This document shows, piece by piece, positions 39,458 through 42,681 of a DNA stretch of 42,681 nucleotides. The DNA is from Rhodothalassiaceae bacterium (GTDB lineage Bacteria; Pseudomonadota; Alphaproteobacteria; Sphingomonadales; Rhodothalassiaceae). A model generated the notes under the pieces. It saw nothing but the letters and a program-made list of their open reading frames with translations. It did no database searches and was not told where the DNA came from. The DNA is taken from positions 1 through 42,681 of the forward strand of contig JBHHTO010000001.1 of the NCBI GenBank assembly GCA_046753425.1, read 5' to 3'. How positions within the stretch are numbered: the stretch's first letter is position 1; every line of letters starts with the position of its first letter. The position numbers and the translations under genes were made by a program.

Positions 39458-39635
39458 GGGCATGCAGCGATCATATGGAACCGGTCTGCCGGAGTACCGT
39501 TCGTTCGGGCTGGGCCCGTCGAAGCACGAACGGGGCGCGAGCGAAAGCGATGCCCTGCCTTCTTCCGCCGAAACCTTTCTGGTCGACCGCCCCGCATTGA
39601 CCGCACCGGCAGCGGGTGCTAGCGCAGGGCATCGC
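39458..39635 (+). other. Candidate structured 5' leader with mutually exclusive pairings upstream of the ABC ATPase gene
   Basis: Element B GCGATGCCCTGC (39547..39558) is perfectly complementary to element C GCAGGGCATCGC (39624..39635). B also pairs with element A (A)GGGCAT (39457..39463). An 8-bp hairpin CCGTTCGT/ACGAACGG (39497..39504 with 39526..39533) sits between A and B. A CTATAT -10-like hexamer lies at 39451..39456. Confidence 0.3.
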
Positions 39636-39658
39636 GTGCACTTGCGAGACGGGGACCT

Positions 39659-40612
39659 GTGGTGGACACCGAAGCGGCAATATCGGTTCGCGGGTTGGAA
39701 AAGGTCTATGGCGGACGCAGCCCCAAGCGGGCGCTCAAGGGCATCGATCTCGATATCCCGCAGGGCTCGCTTTTCGGCCTCCTCGGGCCCAATGGAGCCG
39801 GCAAGTCGACCTTCATCAACATCCTCGCCGGCCTTGTGCGCAAGACGGCGGGAGAGGTCCGGATCTGGGGTTTCGATCTCGACACCAATCCGCGCAATGC
39901 CCGGGTCTCGATCGGCGTCGTACCGCAGGAGCTCGTCTTCGACGCCTTCTTCACGCCCTGGGAGATGCTCGAGGTGCAGGCCGGCATGTATGGTGTGCCC
40001 AGACAGGAGCGCCGTACCGCCGAGCTCCTGCGCGCCGTGCGCCTGTGGGAGCAGCGGCACGCCTATTCGCGCACGCTTTCGGGCGGAATGAAGCGGCGCC
40101 TGCTCGTCGCCAAGGCGCTCGTGCACTCGCCGCCGGTGCTGATCCTCGACGAGCCCACCGCCGGCGTCGATATCGAGCTCCGGCAGCTTCTCTGGAACTA
40201 TGTGCGCGAGCTGCATGCAACAGGCACGACCATCGTGCTGACGACGCACTATCTCGAGGAGGCGGAAGAGCTCTGCGACCGCATCGCGATCATCAACCAC
40301 GGCGCGGTCGTCGCCTGTGAGCCGACGGCGCAACTGCTGTCGCGGATCGACGAGAAGGAGGTCATCCTGCGCTTCGCCGAGCCGCTCGACAGCCTGCCGC
40401 CGGCCTTTGCCCGCTTCCGCACACGCCTTCTGCCGCCCGATCGGCTGGCGGTGCAGATCTCGCGCAGCAGCGGCGATATCGACGCGGTCCTGCGCGCGAT
40501 CGCCGCTTGCGGCCTGCCGGTGGTCGACCTCACCACCGACGAGACCGATCTTGAGGACATCTTCCTGCAGATCACGCGCGGCGGGGCGCGCGAGGCCGCG
40601 CGCGCGGAGTGA
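39659..40612 (+). CDS. ABC transporter ATP-binding protein (ABC-2/YadG-like, with C-terminal extension)
   Basis: Walker A is GPNGAGKST, the Q-loop is GVVPQE, the signature is LSGGMKRRL, Walker B is [10 protein letters not shown], and the H-loop is LTTHYLEE. The start is GTG. About 90 aa follow the NBD. Confidence 0.88.
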   Translation: MVDTEAAISVRGLEKVYGGRSPKRALKGIDLDIPQGSLFGLLGPNGAGKSTFINILAGLVRKTAGEVRIWGFDLDTNPRNARVSIGVVPQELVFDAFFTPWEMLEVQAGMYGVPRQERRTAELLRAVRLWEQRHAYSRTLSGGMKRRLLVAKALVHSPPVLILDEPTAGVDIELRQLLWNYVRELHATGTTIVLTTHYLEEAEELCDRIAIINHGAVVACEPTAQLLSRIDEKEVILRFAEPLDSLPPAFARFRTRLLPPDRLAVQISRSSGDIDAVLRAIAACGLPVVDLTTDETDLEDIFLQITRGGAREAARAE

Positions 40613-42204
40613 GCACCGACATCGACATTCTGGTCATCGGCAGCGGTGCCGCCGGGCTCACCGCGGCGCTTACGCTCGCCCGGCATGCGCGTGTCACGCT
40701 CGTATCCAAGGCCGAACTGGGCGCCGGTGCTACGCCGCGCGCGCAGGGCGGTATCGCCGCCGTGCTCGCCGCTGGCGATTCCGTCGCGCAGCATATCGCC
40801 GACACCCTCGATGCCGGCGCCGGGCTGTGCAAGCCGGAAGTCGTGCGCTTCGTCGTCGAGCGCGGACCGGAGGCCATCGCCGGCCTCATTCGCCTCGGCG
40901 TGCCCTTCACCCGCGGCGCCGGGGGCAAGGACGAGTTCGCCTACCATCTGACGCGCGAAGGCGGCCATTCGGTGCGCCGCGTCATCCATGTCGACGACGC
41001 AACCGGCCGGGCGGTGCAGACAGCACTCGAGGCCCGGGCGCGGGCGGAGCCCAACATCCGGGTGCTCGAGCACCATATGGCGGTCGATCTCATCACCCGT
41101 CGCCATCTCTGTGGGCGCAAGGCCGGAGCGGAGCGCTGTCACGGCGCCTATCTTCTCGATCGACGCGCCGGGCGGGTCATCGCCCTGCCGGCACGGGTGG
41201 TGGTGCTTGCCACCGGCGGCGCGAGCCGCGTCTATCTCTACAGCTCGAACCCCGACGGCGCCACCGGCGACGGCATCGCCATGGCCTGGCGTGCCGGCTG
41301 CCGGGTGGCGAACATGGAATTCAACCAGTTCCACCCGACCTGCCTCTATCACCCGCAGGCGAAGAACTTTCTCATCACCGAGGCGCTGCGCGGCGAGGGG
41401 GCGCGGCTCACCCTGCCCGATGGCACGCGCTTTCTCGACCGCTATGACCGCCGCGGCGAGCTTGCGCCGCGCGATATCGTTGCCCGCGCCATCGATCACG
41501 AGATGAAGCGGCGCGGCCTCGACCATGTGCTGCTCGACATCAGCCACCGCGACCCCGACTTCGTGCTCGCGCACTTTCCGACCATCTACCGCCGCTGCCG
41601 CGACTATGGAATCGACATCACGAAGGAGCCGATTCCCGTGGTCCCGGCAGCGCACTACAGCTGTGGCGGTGTGCTTGTCGATCGCGCCGGGCGGACCGAT
41701 CTCGACGGTCTCTACTGCATCGGCGAGGCCTCCTGCACGGGGCTACATGGCGCCAACCGCATGGCCTCCAACTCGCTGCTCGAATGCCTCGTCTTCGGCC
41801 AGGCCGCGGGCGAGGACATCCGGGCCCGCCTCGATGATCTCGCGCCGCCCGGTGTGCCGCGGCCATGGGACGAAAGCCGGGTCACCGATTCCGACGAGGA
41901 GGTCGTGGTCACCCACAACTGGGCCGAGCTCCGGCGCTTCATGTGGGATTATGTCGGCATCGTGCGCAGCGACAAGCGGCTCGAGCGCGCCCGGCACCGT
42001 GTCGATCTCCTGCGTCAGGAGATCGCCGACTATTACGGCAATTTCCGGGTCACCCCCGACCTGCTCGAGCTCAGGAACCTTCTCGAGGTCGCGGACCTGA
42101 TCGTCCGCTCGGCGATGGCGCGGCGGGAATCGCGCGGCCTGCATTACTCCCTCGACCACCCGCAAGCGGCGCCGGAAGGGCGGGACACGATTCTCAGCCC
42201 CTGA
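40609..42204 (+). CDS. nadB: L-aspartate oxidase
   Basis: The FAD fold is [27 protein letters not shown], the flavoprotein core [19 protein letters not shown], and [15 protein letters not shown] are present. The GTG start overlaps the ABC stop (GTGA). Confidence 0.93.
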   Translation: MSTDIDILVIGSGAAGLTAALTLARHARVTLVSKAELGAGATPRAQGGIAAVLAAGDSVAQHIADTLDAGAGLCKPEVVRFVVERGPEAIAGLIRLGVPFTRGAGGKDEFAYHLTREGGHSVRRVIHVDDATGRAVQTALEARARAEPNIRVLEHHMAVDLITRRHLCGRKAGAERCHGAYLLDRRAGRVIALPARVVVLATGGASRVYLYSSNPDGATGDGIAMAWRAGCRVANMEFNQFHPTCLYHPQAKNFLITEALRGEGARLTLPDGTRFLDRYDRRGELAPRDIVARAIDHEMKRRGLDHVLLDISHRDPDFVLAHFPTIYRRCRDYGIDITKEPIPVVPAAHYSCGGVLVDRAGRTDLDGLYCIGEASCTGLHGANRMASNSLLECLVFGQAAGEDIRARLDDLAPPGVPRPWDESRVTDSDEEVVVTHNWAELRRFMWDYVGIVRSDKRLERARHRVDLLRQEIADYYGNFRVTPDLLELRNLLEVADLIVRSAMARRESRGLHYSLDHPQAAPEGRDTILSP

Positions 42205-42301
42205 ACGCGCCCGCGCCGGTCGCTCTAATTCAAGCGAAGCGCAAGATTTTCTTAGCGAGTCCCGCGATATCCTGCGCGGTCCGGAAAGGAGGCATCGCGC
42301 C

Positions 42302-42681
42302 ATGCGCCACCACAGGCTCGGCCACAGGGACATCGCGCGCCTTCTCCGCGACGGGCGGGGTGGTACGCTGACGCTGAGCGCCATCGTCTTTCCCGTCCTC
42401 ATCGGCTTCGCCGGCCTCGCGCTCGACGGTGCCAACTGGTACGCACAGCGACGGGCAACGCAGAACATGGTCGACGCGGCGGCCATCGCCGCCGCCTATG
42501 CGAAGCTTGACGGTCAGGCACTCGACCAGATCACCGCCGTCGCCCGCGCCGAGGCCGAGCGCAACGGCTTCGACGCAACCGCCGGCGATTCAATCAGCGT
42601 CGCCGAGGCCACCGGCGGGCCGGTCGGCGCCTCGCTGCCGCTCGTCACCGTCCGCATCACGCACAACACCCCGCTTTATGT
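42302..42681 (+). CDS. TadE/TadG-like Flp-pilus assembly protein, 3' end cut by window edge
   Basis: The ATG follows GGAAAGGAGG. The N-terminus is GTLTLSAIVFPVLIGFAGLALDGANWYAQRRATQNMVDAAAIAAA, typical of TadG-like proteins. The ORF is absent from the track because it has no stop within the window. Confidence 0.6.
   Translation, partial: MRHHRLGHRDIARLLRDGRGGTLTLSAIVFPVLIGFAGLALDGANWYAQRRATQNMVDAAAIAAAYAKLDGQALDQITAVARAEAERNGFDATAGDSISVAEATGGPVGASLPLVTVRITHNTPLY

Noticed and set aside
39475-39600. A 41-codon upstream ORF (MEPVCRSTVRSGWARR...) in the ABC leader as a possible leader peptide.
   Set aside because: It has no Shine-Dalgarno and no run of regulatory codons. It coincides with the predicted RNA stems and is more likely non-coding.

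Overview
GC-rich (about two-thirds G+C by eye) chromosomal segment. Gene content and synteny look alphaproteobacterial, Hyphomicrobiales/Rhodospirillales-like. I call about 44 genes, tightly packed and mostly housekeeping. In order: priA (5' truncated), a small TonB-C-domain protein, tRNA-Ser(GGA), a rubrerythrin / CCG-domain Fe-S protein / DUF3501 operon, a vapBC toxin-antitoxin pair, M17 aminopeptidase, MarR, NlpC/P60 peptidase, membrane cytochrome c, M1 aminopeptidase, nudC, SRP RNA followed by dnaX-ybaB-recR, an ECF sigma / anti-sigma / CnrX-like periplasmic sensor triad, korAB (2-oxoglutarate:ferredoxin oxidoreductase), a DUF938 methyltransferase, a 1007-aa hybrid histidine kinase, an FKBP isomerase, a CDP-alcohol phosphatidyltransferase, scoAB, a TrmH-family methyltransferase, IalB, rlmN, a RidA-like gene, a formyltransferase, gloA, argG, the hopanoid genes hpnG/hpnH with ispH, polA, a zf-CHCC protein, an ABC ATPase, nadB, and the start of a TadG-like pilus gene. 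I found no CRISPR array, IS element, integrase or prophage, and no convincing new multi-gene defence-type system. The points most worth a second look are: (1) a 2.3-kb patch (29.3-31.6 kb) holding an in-frame TAA at a conserved Trp codon of rlmN, a frameshifted and stop-less secreted RidA-like gene, and a low-GC, compositionally mosaic formyltransferase; (2) a roughly 200-nt leader upstream of an orphan ABC ATPase with mutually exclusive GC-rich pairings, where that ATPase is translationally coupled to nadB and has no permease nearby; (3) the uncharacterised rubrerythrin/Fe-S/DUF3501 operon behind an AT-rich operator island; (4) a CnrHYX-like metal-sensing ECF module with no adjacent efflux genes. 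Many very long ORFs in the track are antisense artefacts of high GC and were rejected. All family calls come from motif recognition by eye. No database search was run.
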